Source: Malacoraja senta
Taxonomy: Eukaryota
DNA: 64,000 nt
Reading direction: 5' to 3'
Assembly (NCBI GenBank): GCA_038087875.1
Contig: CM075994.1
Location: 2,916,001 to 2,980,000 of the forward strand
Part shown: piece after piece, positions 1 to 13,132 of the stretch
How the letters are laid out: each line of letters begins with the position of its first letter
Position numbering within the stretch: position 1 is the stretch's first letter
Notes under the pieces: model-generated
Told to the model about the DNA's origin: nothing
Seen by the model: only the letters and a program-made list of their open reading frames with translations
Databases searched by the model: none
Position numbers and translations under genes: made by a program

Positions 1-462
1 TCCCACTATCTTCAGACACACATTCTCTATTTAACTGAATAACTAGTCTGAAGAAGGGTCCCAACCTGAAACATTACCTATCCATGTTCTCCAGAGATGC
101 TGCCTGACCCACTGAGTAGCTCCAGCACTGGATTCTTTTATCACTAACTATTTGATTAGTGACGGAGGTAGAGCTGCAGCCTTACAGCGCCAGAGGCCCG
201 GATTCCATCCTGTCTATGGGTGCTGCCTGTACGTTCTCTGTGACCATGTAGGTTTCCTCAAGGTGCTTTGGTTTCCTCCCACATTACAAAGACATGCAGG
301 TTTGTACGTTAATTGGCTTCTATAAATTGTCCCCAGTGTATAGGATAGAACCAGTGTATGGGTGATTGCTGGTCGGCACAGACTCGGTGGGTCGAAGGAC
401 CCGTCTCCATGCTGTACCTCTAAAGGATGTTTTGCAGGACAGTGAGAGTAGGCAGGGAAAGG

Positions 463-662
463 NNNNNNNNNNNNNNNNNNNNNNNNNNNNNNNNNNNNNN
501 NNNNNNNNNNNNNNNNNNNNNNNNNNNNNNNNNNNNNNNNNNNNNNNNNNNNNNNNNNNNNNNNNNNNNNNNNNNNNNNNNNNNNNNNNNNNNNNNNNNN
601 NNNNNNNNNNNNNNNNNNNNNNNNNNNNNNNNNNNNNNNNNNNNNNNNNNNNNNNNNNNNNN
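463..662. other. Assembly gap (200 N)
   Basis: Run of N. Confidence 1.
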
Positions 663-792
663 AAAAAAGCAACAAGACACACATCTACATAAAAGTTAAC
701 ATAAACCTCCACCACAGCGGATTCCCCACATTCCTCACTATGGTGGAAGGCAATAAAGTCTAATCATCTTCTTCCCTCATTTTTCTCCTGTG

Positions 793-1106
793 GTCGGGGC
801 AGTCGAACCATCCACAGTCGGGGTGATCGAAGCTCCTGCGTCGGGGTGATCGAAGCTCCCATATCAGGGTGATCGAAGCCCCGCATTGGGACGGTTGAAG
901 CTCCTGCGGCTTGGAGTTCCCGAAGTCTGTCGAGAGACTGTAAGCTCCACGATGTTAAAGTCCGCAGGCTCCCGTGGTAGAGCTCAGAGGTCGATCCCTG
1001 GCAAAGGTATCGCAAGCTCCGCGATGTTAAAGTCCGCAGGCATCCATGGTGGAGCTCTCGGTCGGTCTCCAGCAAAGGCCGGCAACTCCTCGATGTTAGG
1101 CCGCAG
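793..1106. repeat. CpG-rich two-tier tandem array (about 5 x 23 bp, then about 3 x 70 bp), probably inside an unclassified interspersed repeat
   Basis: gtcggggtgatcgaagctcc units at 793-907; aagctccrcgatgttaaagtccgcagg units starting near 942, 1014 and 1084. Confidence 0.7.
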
Positions 1107-2959
1107 TGCGGACGGAGATACGATACCGAAAATAAATCACATCTCCGTCGAGGTAAGAGATTAGAAAAAGTTTCCCTCAACCCCCTCCCCCAACCCCCAC
1201 ATAAAACAAGCTAATATTCCTATATTCCAAAGACATGTGGGTTTGTAGATTAATTGGCCTCTGTAAATTGCCCCTAGTGTGTAGGATACGAAAGTGGGAT
1301 AACATAGAGCTAGTGTACGAGTGATCGATGTTTGGCAAGGACCCAGTGGGCCGAAGGGCCTGTTTCCACTCTGTATCTCTAAAGTAAGTAATAGAAGATT
1401 TAATGGTGCCATTGTACCTCTAATAATTGTCCATCAGCCCTGCACATGAACATCCGTGTGACTTGAATCCACAATCCAATAATAGGAACTAGGTGTTTGT
1501 ACCCAAGGATATTCAGCTCCAATGTTTTTTGTGTAATTATGTTATCTGTTGGCAAAATAATGAAGCAGGCCAGGCTCTTGGTCACAAAGTTAGTGTTTAT
1601 TAACAATGGGAATGTTAATAGTTTTTATTTTAGCCCCAACCCTCGCCTCTACACCTATCCACGAATGTTACCACACTAACTCCATTCCTATCCCTAGTTC
1701 CTCATTCTAGAGATACTGGACACTGGAGGAATGGCACACATCATATTCCGCTTGGGTACCTTCCAACCTAATGGTATGAACATTGAATTCTCCAAGTTTA
1801 GGTTATCATCAACCTCCCCTCCCACACCACACACACACACACACACACTTCTTCCTCCAGGAATGCTGGAGTAACTCATTGGGTCAGGCAGCAACTGTGG
1901 AGAACGTGGATAGGTGACGATTCAGATCAATGGGCTCCACTTTTACCTTTTGCAGTTATCAGCACCATGATAATGGAGACAAATACTTAGGAAATGCATA
2001 GAAAACCTTTGGAGATGATCGAATATTTTCTAAGCTTCCGTCAGCTTTGCTCAATGCTTTTTGGTCCTAAAGCAGTACACAATAATCAAATGAAGCCCTA
2101 GTGGGAGGAGTATTCCAAGTGTGCCAACAAGAACAGGTCATTCCCTTAACGGATGTCAGACTGAATGTTAACAGTTCCACTGCACCGAGCGAACACTACA
2201 GTATCTGGAGTATCTCAGCGGGTCAGGCAGTGTCTTAGTTTAGTGATACAGCATGGAAACACCCCCTTTGGCTCACCGAGTCCACACCAGCAAGCGCCCG
2301 TATGCCTGTTCTAGGGTAGCACAGCGGCGCAGCGGTAGAGTCTTTGCGATGTGGGAGGAAATTGGAGCAGCAGGAGGAAACCCTTGCGGTCACAGGGATA
2401 ATGGATAAATTCCATACAGACTGCACCCGTACTCAGTAATGAACCTGGGTCTCTGGCCCTGTAAGGTAACAACTCTACCACTGCACCACCATGCCCCACC
2501 TAGGAGGGAATGGAAAGACGACGTGCCTTCTCAAAGCTGAACCCCACCAGGGGTTTTCAATATTTCCCCCCAGGAGCTCATCAATCCCTTGTTCGCTGCA
2601 GCATGGTAGCGCAGCTGATAGACCCACTGCCTCACTGCACCTGGGGCCCGGGCTCAATCCTGACCTCGGGTGATATCTGTGTGGAGTTAGCTTGTTCTCC
2701 CCGTGAACACATGGGTTTCCTCCTACTGCCCAAAGACATGCAGGTTTGTTAGTTAACTGGCCTGTATAAAATTGTTTCTAATATGTAGTAAGTGGATGCG
2801 AAATTGGGATAACATATCCCTAGATAACATAACTAACATAAATGGATATGAGGATTCGGTGGGCCAAAGGGCCAGTTCCCATGCTGTAACTTTAGAGTTA
2901 TATAGCGTGGAAACAGGTCCTTCAGCCCAACTTGCCCGCGCCGACCAACATGTCCCACC

Positions 2960-4390
2960 TCTTCATCGCTTCAATGACTTCCATTTTCCAGGCCCCCACT
3001 CCCTCAACTTTACCATGGATGTCCAGTCACTCTACACCTCCACACCTCCATTTCTTCCTCGACCGCATAACCAGCCAATTTCCGTCTACTAATACTCTCC
3101 TCAGCCTAGCAGAGCTGGTCCTTACCCTCAACAACTCCTGCGACTCCTCCCACTTCCTCCAAATCCAAGGCGTAGCTATGGGCACTCGCATGGCCCCAGC
3201 TATACCTGCCTCTTTGTAGTGTACGTCGAACAATCACTGTTCCAGGCGTACACGGGCCCTATCCCCGACCTCTATCTCCGATACATTGATGACTGCATTG
3301 GTGCTGCCTCCTGCACCCATGTAGAACTCACTGACTTCATGAACCACAATTAATTTCCATCCTGCACTCAAATTCACTTGGACTCTCTCCGACATCTCCC
3401 TACCGTTTCTAGAACTCTCCGTCTTCATCACAGGAGACAGACTATTGACCGACATCTATTACAAATCTACTGACTCCCATAGCTATCTAGACTACACTTC
3501 TTCCCAATTTGCTTCTTGTAAAGACTCTATCCCCTACTCCCAATTCCTTCGTCTATGCCGTATCTGCGCCCAGGATGAGGTTTTCCATACTAGTTCATCG
3601 GAGATGTAATTCTTTAGGAAACGGGGGTTCCCCCTTCCATTATAGATGAGGATCTCACTAGGCTCTCCTTGATATCCCGCAGCTCTGCTCTTGCTTCCAC
3701 TCCCCCTATTCACAACAAGGACAGAGTCCCCCTTGTCCTCACCTTCCACCCCATCAGCCGTCGCATACAGCATATAATCCTCCAACATTTTTGCGGCCTC
3801 CAACGGGATCCCACTACTGGCCACATCTTCCCATCTCCATCCCTCTCTGCTTTCCGCAGAGACCGTTCCCTCCGCAAATCCCTGGTCAACTCATCCCTTC
3901 CCACACAAACCACCCCCTCCCCGGGTACTTTCCCCTGCAACCGCAGGAGATGCAACACCTGTCCCTTTACCTCCCCACTCAACTCCATCCAAGGACTCCG
4001 ACAGTCTTTCCAGGTGAGTTAGAGGTTCACTTGCACCTCCTCCAACCTCATCTACTGTATCCGCTGTTCCAGGTGTCAACTTCTGTACGCTGGCGAGACC
4101 AAGCGCAGGCTCGGCGATCACTTCGCTGAACACCTCCGCTCAGTCCGTCTTAACCTACCTGATCTCCGGGTTGCTTAGCACTTTAGCTCCCCCTCCCATT
4201 CCCAATCTGACCTTTCTGTCCTGGGCCTCCTCCATTGTTAGAGTGAGGCCCAGCGCAAATTGGAGGAACAGCACCTCATACTTCACTTGGGTAGCTTACA
4301 CTCCAGCGGTATGAACATTAACTTTTCTAACTTCAAATAGCCCTTGCTTTCCCTCTCACTCCTTCCCCTCCCTCTCCCCATTTCTCCCAA
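2960..4390 (+). mobile_element. Penelope-like retroelement, 5'-truncated and degenerate (RT + GIY-YIG endonuclease)
   Basis: RT motifs FTMDVQSLYTS, QIQGVAMGTRMAP and RYIDDC; Cys-rich linker PCNRRRCNTCP; GIY-YIG motif NLIYCIRCSRCQLLYAGETKRRL..HFAEH near 4045; stops and frameshifts. Confidence 0.9.
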
Positions 4391-6929
4391 CTCTACTGCT
4401 GCACCACCATGCCACCTGTTGAAGTATAGTATTGTCACAGGTGTGCATTAAATATTAAATCTGCATATTTCTGCGTAAGAAGACGCAAATGCGCAAAAGA
4501 GAGCCCGTTGCTATTGGCACAAGGAACTGCAGATGCTCGATTTTTAAAATAGGACATGATGTGCTGAAGTAACTCGGCATCTTTGGAGAACAGAAGCATC
4601 TCTGGAGAACATGGATAGGTGACGTTCCAGGTCGGACCCTTCTTCACGTTGTAGCATCTCGAGTAGTGGCTGTCGACCCCCCGCAACTCGTTGAGTGTGC
4701 TTTGAAAACAAAACGCAATCATTTGATATTTATTTTCATTACTTGCTTTTAAGTCATCCTACAGCAACAAATCGGGGTCAACGCCGTGCGTGCTAAGCAA
4801 AATAGCAAATGAGAAAAACCCTGAAACCTTGAAAAAAAAAGGCTAAATTCAAATAGGGATGAAATTGCTTGTTCAGCTCTATTGAGGACTGATTTTGATG
4901 AGATTCACACAATGCGTCAGTATTTACCTCAAAGGTTGGCATCATCAGGTAGAGATGGGATATTGAGCTCAATTTCCATCTTTATTCTTTCTATAAATGC
5001 TAACAGCAAATTCTGTGGCTGAGCCTTAATTCTGTTTGATTTGAATCACAAAAGATTCTTGATTAGTAAGAGTGTCAGGGGTTATCAGGAGAAGGCAGGA
5101 GAATGGGGTTGAGAAGGAACAATAGATCAACGATAATTTAATGGCGGAGTAGACTTGAAGGGCCGATTGGTCTAATTCTCCTTTATCACTAATGAAATGA
5201 ACGACAACAGTCATGAACTGCATCACCCTCGGAGTTGAGAGCAAGTTGTTTTTTTCTTTCACTCAGAACGTGCAGGATATATGGAAACGAGATGCCAGAG
5301 GAGACAGTTGAGGCAGGTATTATAACAGCATTTACAAGACACTTGGACAGATAATCAAGGGTTAGAGGGATATGAGAAACGCAGACTGTGTGTGCTTCCT
5401 CCATGCGCTCCGCTTTCCTCCTGCATCCCAAAGTCTCCAAATATTCCTTGATTATTGACTCTCAAAGAAACTGCAGATGCAGGAATCTTGAGCAAAACAC
5501 AGAGTGCTGGAGGAACTCAGAATTTAAGGACGTACCTTTAGAAAAGAGATGAGGAGGAATTTCTTTAGTCAGAGGATGGTGAATCTGTGTAATTCATTGC
5601 CACAGACGACTGTGGAGGCCAAGTAAATGGATATTTTTAAGGCAGAGATTGACAGATTCTTGATTAGTATGGGTGTCAGGGGTTATGGGGAGAAGGCAGG
5701 AGAATGGGGCTGAGAGGGAGAGGATAGATCAGCCATGATGGAATGGCCTAATTCTGCTCCTATAATGTATGAACTTATGAACTCATAAGGTCAGACAGCA
5801 TCAGTGGAGAGAAATAGACAGGCAATGTTTGGGGTCAGGACCTTTCTTCAGAAGAGGGGTCCCGACACGAAATGTCAGCTATTCATTTCCCTCCACAGAT
5901 GCTGCCTGACCTGCTGAGTTCCACCAGCACTTTGTGTTTTGCTTCAAGAATATTTGTTCCACTGTGATAGTTAGAATGCGTCTATTCTTATGTTGTCTTT
6001 AAACGGCCAATTTTCTGCTGCCGTTATTCCGTTTCCCATATTTGTGTTAACATTTCACACTGCTATCATTTCAGCAAGGAGGCCATTCAGCCCATTTATA
6101 GCAATGTTCCCTGAAGAGCAGCCCAGTCTATCTCAGTCCCCCACATCATCCTCAGAACCATAGTCATAGAGTGATGCAACGTGGAAACACACCCTTTGAC
6201 CCAACTTGCCCATGTACCATCTACACTTGTCCCACTTGACTGCATTAGGCCCATATCCCTCTAAACATCCTATCCTTGTAGCTTTCTTAAATGTTCTTGA
6301 ACGTTAAAGCCTCTTTAACGTTAAAGTTTGTTTTCATCAAGAGTCTACCCATTTTCATTACTAGTGTCAACTTCCTCCTCACCACCCTTGACAGGAACTA
6401 TATTCCAGGTCATTACCACTTGCTACATACAATAATTCTTCCTAACTTTCCATATAAAATATCTTATGCCAATATCTTAATCCTGCATTCCCAGTTTTTA
6501 TCCCATGAGCTAATGGGAAGAATTTATCTCAGTCTGATCCAAAAGTCAGCCATCCATGTTCTTCAGAGATGTTGCTTGACCTGCTGAGTTACTCCAGCAC
6601 ATTTTGTCCTTTTTCTTATCTTTGTCTTCCGTATCTAAACCTGTACACCTCCTAGTCTTCCCTCAACCTCCTTTGCTCCAAAAAGAACAAAATCTCATGT
6701 ATTTTGCTAACCAATCTCTCAGTACATTCATGTCTCTCTGTTAATCAAATGTAGAAACAACACAGAAACACGCCCTTCAGCCCATAATGTCCATGCCAAA
6801 CATGATGATGTTAAACTAATCTATATCTGCACGTGATCCACATCCCTCCATTCCCTGCATATCCATGAGCCTGTCTAAAAACATCTTTAAAAATCCACTC
6901 TCATATCTGCCTCCATCACTGGCCCCGGC

Positions 6930-7205
6930 AGAGATTCAGAGACAGTTTCTTCCCAGCTGTTATCAGGTAACTGAAACATCCTATCAACAACTAGACAGCT
7001 GTCCTGAGCGACCATCTACCTTACCGGAGACCCTCGGACAATCTTTAATTGGACTTTACTGGAGTTTATTATTCCCTTTATCATGTATCTGTACACTGTG
7101 GGCGGCTCGATTGTAATCATGTATAGTCTTTCCACAGACTGGTTAGCATGTAGCAAAAGCTTTTCACCGTACCTCAGTCCACAGTAAACTTAACTAAACT
7201 AAACC
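6930..7205 (+). mobile_element. Rex1-like 3' end (representative; related copies near 14270-14490, 14825-15135, 17395-17556, 18540-18728, 47120-47490, 54345-54600)
   Basis: RFRDSFFPAVIR coding tail and shared UTR gctgactggttagcacgcaacaaaagcttttcactgtacctcggtacac with a (taaac)n end. Confidence 0.7.
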
Positions 7206-8868
7206 ACTCTCCAGGTAAAAGCTTGCCCTGCACATCTCCTTAAAACATTGCCCCTTTCACCATAAAGCAGCATACACTCTTTAGCATTGTTCGCTCTACC
7301 TTACCCCATCCCTCCTGCATGAAACGTGTCACCTCACATTTCCCTGTGCTACATTTAATCTACCGGTTGTGTACCCAATCTCCGAACCTGCTGATATCCT
7401 GTTCCATTCAATTGGTATCAATCTCCCAGTTCTCAAGCTGAGTTTGGTATCGTTAACAAATTTGATATTTTATTCTTTATTCCAATGTTCCAGGCATTTA
7501 TATATCAAAAAAGAAGTTGCCCTAGCAATGACTCTGATAAACAATTGACTGTAACAATATATTTCGATGCACTTGTAATCTTTGTGGATCCAGTTTCCAA
7601 AGTTTCTCTACCATCTCAGTTGCCATCCCCTAACATTAATTAACAATATCTGATGGGCTGAATGGCCTCATGCTGTGCCATTCCTTAATGGTGGGGCTAG
7701 TCCATCTATGACATTGCAATTTAGTTTAGTTTACAGATACAGTGTGGAAACGGGCCCTTCAGCCCTGACCAGCGATCACCCCGTACACTAGCACTATCCT
7801 ACACACTAGGGACAACTTACAATTACCAACGCCAATTATCCTACAAGCCTGTACATATTTGGAGTGTGCGAGGAAACTGGAGTACATGGAGAAAACCAAC
7901 GCGGTCACAGGGAAAATGTACAAACTCCGTACAGACAGCGCCCAAGGTCAGGATCAAACCCAGGTTGATCAAGTTGGAGGATCAAGGCATATTATAGTCT
8001 TCAGGCAAGGGGCTTGGTTAAGACATAATTGTGTTTAAATATGTAATATGTACTTCAATCATATTAGAGACAATGCATTCTACTTGGTAGGATGAAATAT
8101 TTTAATATTAATTATAGTTTGTGTCAATAATGGAGCAATCTATTGAGGAAACTGACTTCCACATTGGCCTTCCGCAGTAAAGGATTATCATCTGGAAGAC
8201 AAAACAGAGCCGTGGACATATCAGTGTTGGCTTTGGACAAGGTTTACGTTAGAAATGTAAAGACAATTTCTTACCAAGGTTGACACAAAGTGTTACAACA
8301 AGCATAACAACTGAAGGCCATTTGACGGTGAAGGCTTAGAGTCATAGTCATACAGCACGGAAACAGGACCTTCAGCTCAACTTGCCTATGTCGACCAAGA
8401 TACCCCATCTATACTGGTCCCACCTGCCTGCATTTTACCCACATCATTCTAATCTTTTCCTATCCATGTACCTCTCTAAATACATATTAAATATTGTTAT
8501 AGTGCCTGCCTCAACTACCTCCTCTGGCAGCTCGTTCAATATACCCACTGCCCTCTGTGTGAAAAAATTACCTCTCAGCTTCCTATTAATTCTTTCCCCT
8601 CTCACCTTAAACCTATGTCTCCTGGTTCTTGATTCCCCTACTCTGGGTAAAATAAAAACCTCTGTGCATTTACCCAATCTATTTCCTTGTGGAGAGGCTT
8701 AGTCCCCTTGATAAAGATCCATGCCCTAACCACCATTTCCATTGCTCTCACTGCCATCTGTTTGAAAGTGAGTTGGCTTGTTCACAATATTATGCTGTAT
8801 TTGAGCCCTGGACAACATTTTTGTAACATCGCCCGGGACTTTTTGCAAATGGTGCCAAAATATGGCGA

Positions 8869-8871
<3 letters not shown>

Positions 8872-8908
<37 letters not shown>
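8872..8908. repeat. (TG)n microsatellite
   Basis: Directly visible. Confidence 0.95.
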
Positions 8909-8909
<1 letters not shown>

Positions 8910-9349
8910 TCTGGGCAAAAGAATTTCACTGTGCAATGCACACGTGACAATCAAGTTCCATTGATCACAGTGACCGACTATTTCTATCTCAGGAACATGG
9001 CCTGACAGCTTTACCTCTGCCAAGTTCTAGACCTGAGTATTCCAATATATCTCCTTGTGGCTTTAAGTGTGATATCCTTTCTAAACTTTTTTTTTGCCCA
9101 GGCCAATGCACAGGCTCTTTTCACCCATCATGCTGCACATACTGACCTACAGTGATTCTCCCTGCAGCAATACCTCAATATTATAAATTCGCACCTTAGT
9201 GTGACACATCTACATTCCCTTCCTCCTCCCTATCACTTTTATTTGCTCCAGTTCTGAAATCTCCACTATTCTATTTTTTTTTAAATTTCTATTTCTAATT
9301 CTGTGACTCTCTACATTAATAGGAAAGGTTTAGAGGGATTTAGGCCAAA

Positions 9350-11481
9350 TTTACTCAGTACTTTGTTGAGGCACTTTTGGCAGCGATTACAGCCTCAAGT
9401 CTTCTTGGGTGTGACGCTACAAGCTTGGCACACCTGTATTTAGGTAATTTCTCCCATTCTTCACTGCAGATCCTCTCAAGCTCTGTCAGGTTGGATGGGG
9501 AGCATCGATGCACAGCTATTTTCAGGTCCCTCCAGAGATATTTGATCGGGTTCAAGTCCGGGCTCTGGCTGGGCCTCAAGAACATTCACAGACTTGTCAG
9601 GAAGCCACTCCTGCATTGTATTGGCTGTGTGCTTAGGGTCATTGTCCTGTTGGAAGGTGAACCTCTGCCCCAGTCTGAGGTCCTGAATGCTCTGGAGCAT
9701 GTTTTCATCAAAGATCTCTCTGTACTTTGCTCCGTTCATCTTTCCCTCGATCCAGCCTAGTCCAAGAATCAACTATAGCACATTCTTTTGTTTTTTGTAT
9801 AAAAATTCAAAAATTTTGGAATGACATTTTTGAAATTTTCACTAAATTATTTAAAATAAAACTGAAACCGAATGCAGAACTGATTATTGTTGGAACAATA
9901 GAAGCAAGTTTGGAGCTGACTGCGTTTTCAAAGGAGTTTTCTTAGTTATGGCTTAATAACGGCAAAAAAACTGATACTGAAATTTTGGAAAAATGCTCCT
10001 ACGCCAACAATAAAAATGTGGACTTCTAATATGTCGGAATTGTTACATCTAAAAGATATGAGATTCCTCCTAGCAGGTAAACAAGACCAATTCCAAAAGA
10101 TTTGGTCTCCATATATCGACTTATTACAAACATAGGGTGCAACAAAATGTTGATAATAAATAGTTTTAGGACCTGGCGAGGGGTGAGTAAAGATAAGAAG
10201 TAGGTACATCCCTTTCATATTGTCCTATCTTATTTTCTTTTTTCTCTTTTTTTCTTTTCTTCTTTAACTACTTCTTGTGGTTTAGGTTCACATGTGTGTT
10301 CCTGGACCACTTTTTCATTCACTCACTGACTGTCTTTGCTAGCTCTTTCTATCCTTTTTTTCTATTAAAGTTGAAAAACAGAAGTGGTACAAGAACTGTA
10401 TAAATTTACGTTATTGCAGATTACTGTAATGTAAAATACTTCTAATAAAAAAAATTAAAACAAAAAAAATCTTTCCCTCGATCCTGACTAGTCTCCCAGT
10501 TCCTGCCGCTGAAAAACATCCCCACAGCATGATGCTGCCACCACCATGCTTCACTATAGGTATGGTATTGGCCAGGTGATGAGCGGTGCCTGGTTTCCTC
10601 CAGACGTGACACTTGGCATTCAGGCCAAAGAGTTCAATCTTGGTTTCATCAGACCAGAGAATCTTGTTTAGGTGCCTTTTGGCAAACTCCAAGCGGGCTG
10701 TCATGTGCTTTTTACTGAGGAGTGGCTTCCGTCTGGCCATCCTACCATAAGGGCCTGATTGGTGGAGTGCTGCAGATATAGTTGTCCTTGTGGAAGGTTC
10801 TCCCATCTCCATAGAGGAACTCTGGAGCTCTGACAGAGTGACCATCGGGTTCTTGGTCACCTCCGTGACCAAGACCCTTCTCCCCCAATTGCTCAGTTTG
10901 GCTGGGTGGCCAGCTCTATGAAGAGTCCTGGGTTTCAAAGTTCTTCCATTTAAGAATGACGGAGGCCCCTGTGCTCTTCGGGACCTGCAATGCTGCAGAA
11001 ATTGTTTTATACCCTTCCCCAGATCTGTGTCTCGACACAATCCTGTCTCGGAGGTCTACGGACAATTCCTTCGTCTTCATGACTTGGTTTTTGCTCTGAC
11101 ATGCACTGTCAACTGCGGGACCTTATATAGACAGGTGTGTGCCTTTCCAAATCATGTACAATCAATTTAATTTACCACTGGTGGACTCCAATCAAGTTGT
11201 AGAAACGTCTCAAGGATAATCAATGGAAACAGGATGCACCGAAGCTCAATTTTGAGTGTCATAGCAAAGGGTCTGAATACTTATGTAAATGTGATATTTC
11301 AGTTATTTATTTTTTATTTCTTTGCAATAATTTCTAACCTGTTTTCGCTTTTATATTATGTGCTATTGTGTGTAGATTTATGATTTAAAAAAAAAGAATT
11401 TAATCCATTTTAGAATAAGGCTATATAACGTAACAAAATGTGGAAAAAGTGAAAGGTTCTGAATACTTTCTGAATGCACTG
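9350..11481 (-). mobile_element. Tc1-family (IR/DR type) DNA transposon, inactive, interrupted by an L1 fragment, 3' TIR lost
   Basis: 5' end TA|CAGTGCATTCAGAAAGTATTCAG at 11483-11460 and an inner direct repeat near 11266-11291. Transposase motifs: [47 protein letters not shown] (catalytic E changed to K). Frameshifts present. Confidence 0.92.
9754..10469 (+). mobile_element. 5'-truncated L1-clade LINE with poly(A) tail and 15-16 bp TSD
   Basis: TCTTTCCCTCGATCC at 9739-9753 and 10470-10484; AATAAA plus A-rich tail at about 10444-10469; ORF2 C-terminus-like peptides TIAHSFVFCIKIQKFW and AKKLILKFWK...FQKIWSPYI. Confidence 0.85.
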
Positions 11482-12026
11482 TATATGGGGCATCTTGGTC
11501 AGTATGGACAAGTTGGGCCAAAGGGCCTGTTTCCACACTGAATGGCTCTATGATTCTATGACCCCATGACTATGACTCTATTCCTTTGGTCAATTCTTAC
11601 ATTTAATTCATCCATCATTACCAGGTGTGCCTTTAGTTGCCAAGACTTTAACTGCCAGAATTTCCTTCCTAAACAATTTTGCTGCTTTTTATCCCTATTA
11701 TTTTGCCCTATTATGGTAACACCCACCTCATTTGCTCTTTCTCCTTGAGACTCTGGCGAACTTTGTTTGGGAAAATTCTTGTGAAGTGGTTTGCAATGTT
11801 TTGCTATATTTAAATCACTGATATATGTGTTGTTGGTCCACCTAATTATTTAGCTATTAACAAATACTCATCGGTTCGGATCTAACTCCAACCATAAATA
11901 AACACAGCTTTTGGCATAAAAATTGTGATTATTTTGAAAACTTTGCATTAACGTTAAGCAAAGCCCATTATTTCTTAATCTACCTTTACCATGTTTTTCC
12001 ATATCTTCTGAGCTGATTTATATATA

Positions 12027-12392
<366 letters not shown>

Positions 12393-13104
12393 CTTAAAAT
12401 ACTTTCCGAAGCTTGAGGGCACATTGAAAGCTATATCTTGTATGCACAGTCATTTTCTCTTTCTTATAGTATGACGATCAGCTCATTAAAAAATCATCAG
12501 CTAAAGCCATTGGAAATGAAGCATTAAATCTATGCATCTTGGAAACGATGTGACGACATTTACAGAAATTGAAATAAATTTTAAAAAACTATTAATGGAA
12601 GGAAATTGAACTGGAATATTGTGGGGAAATCTTCTTTGCCTCTTTCCGTAATGGAACAGACAAATACTCGGGGGTTGTACAGCACAGATTCAATGTCACA
12701 AAATCATACTATATGGAAATCGGCCCTTTGGCCGGTGAGTCCGCTTGTCCATTATGTATATATTAATATTAATCCTACACTAATCTCCCTTTGTTTTTAG
12801 TTCACTTTGCCATAGTTTTGAGCAAAAACATAAAGAAACCTAATATTTAGTCGAGGCTGTGACCTTCAATGTAAAAAAAGAAGGAAGACACAAAAATGGC
12901 GCAAAAAGGGTTAAATGTATCTCTTTTTAAATCGTCGAGACCCGTACTTTCTCCCTTTGGAGGTGTCAATGATTGAAAAATATCAAGCGTAAATGTTCAA
13001 AATTTCAGTGAAGTGTGCGATTTGTAGAGCTGTCATATATTCAGACCGTAATTCGGAGTGACACTCGTTCAGACCGGTGCTTTCTACTGTAAAATTCTTC
13101 GGGT

Positions 13105-13132
13105 CTGAAGAAGGGTCTCGACCCGAAACGTC
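13105..13132 (+). ncRNA. Minimal type-I hammerhead ribozyme core in a Penelope terminal repeat (best + strand copy)
   Basis: CTGAAGA-A-GGGT(CTCG)ACCC-GAAA-CG-TC: conserved CUGANGA and GAAA boxes, 4-bp stem II, palindromic ACGT in place of stem III, GUC cleavage triplet. Confidence 0.75.

Noticed and set aside
214..715. ORFs spanning N runs (also 40841-41141)
   Set aside because: Artefacts of translating through assembly gaps.
793..907. 23-bp repeats as a possible CRISPR array
   Set aside because: Units are head-to-tail with no unique spacers, there are no cas genes, and the context is vertebrate.
10411..11040. 209-aa transposase ORF as a functional gene
   Set aside because: Frameshifted, internally deleted, interrupted by L1, and the catalytic E is mutated.
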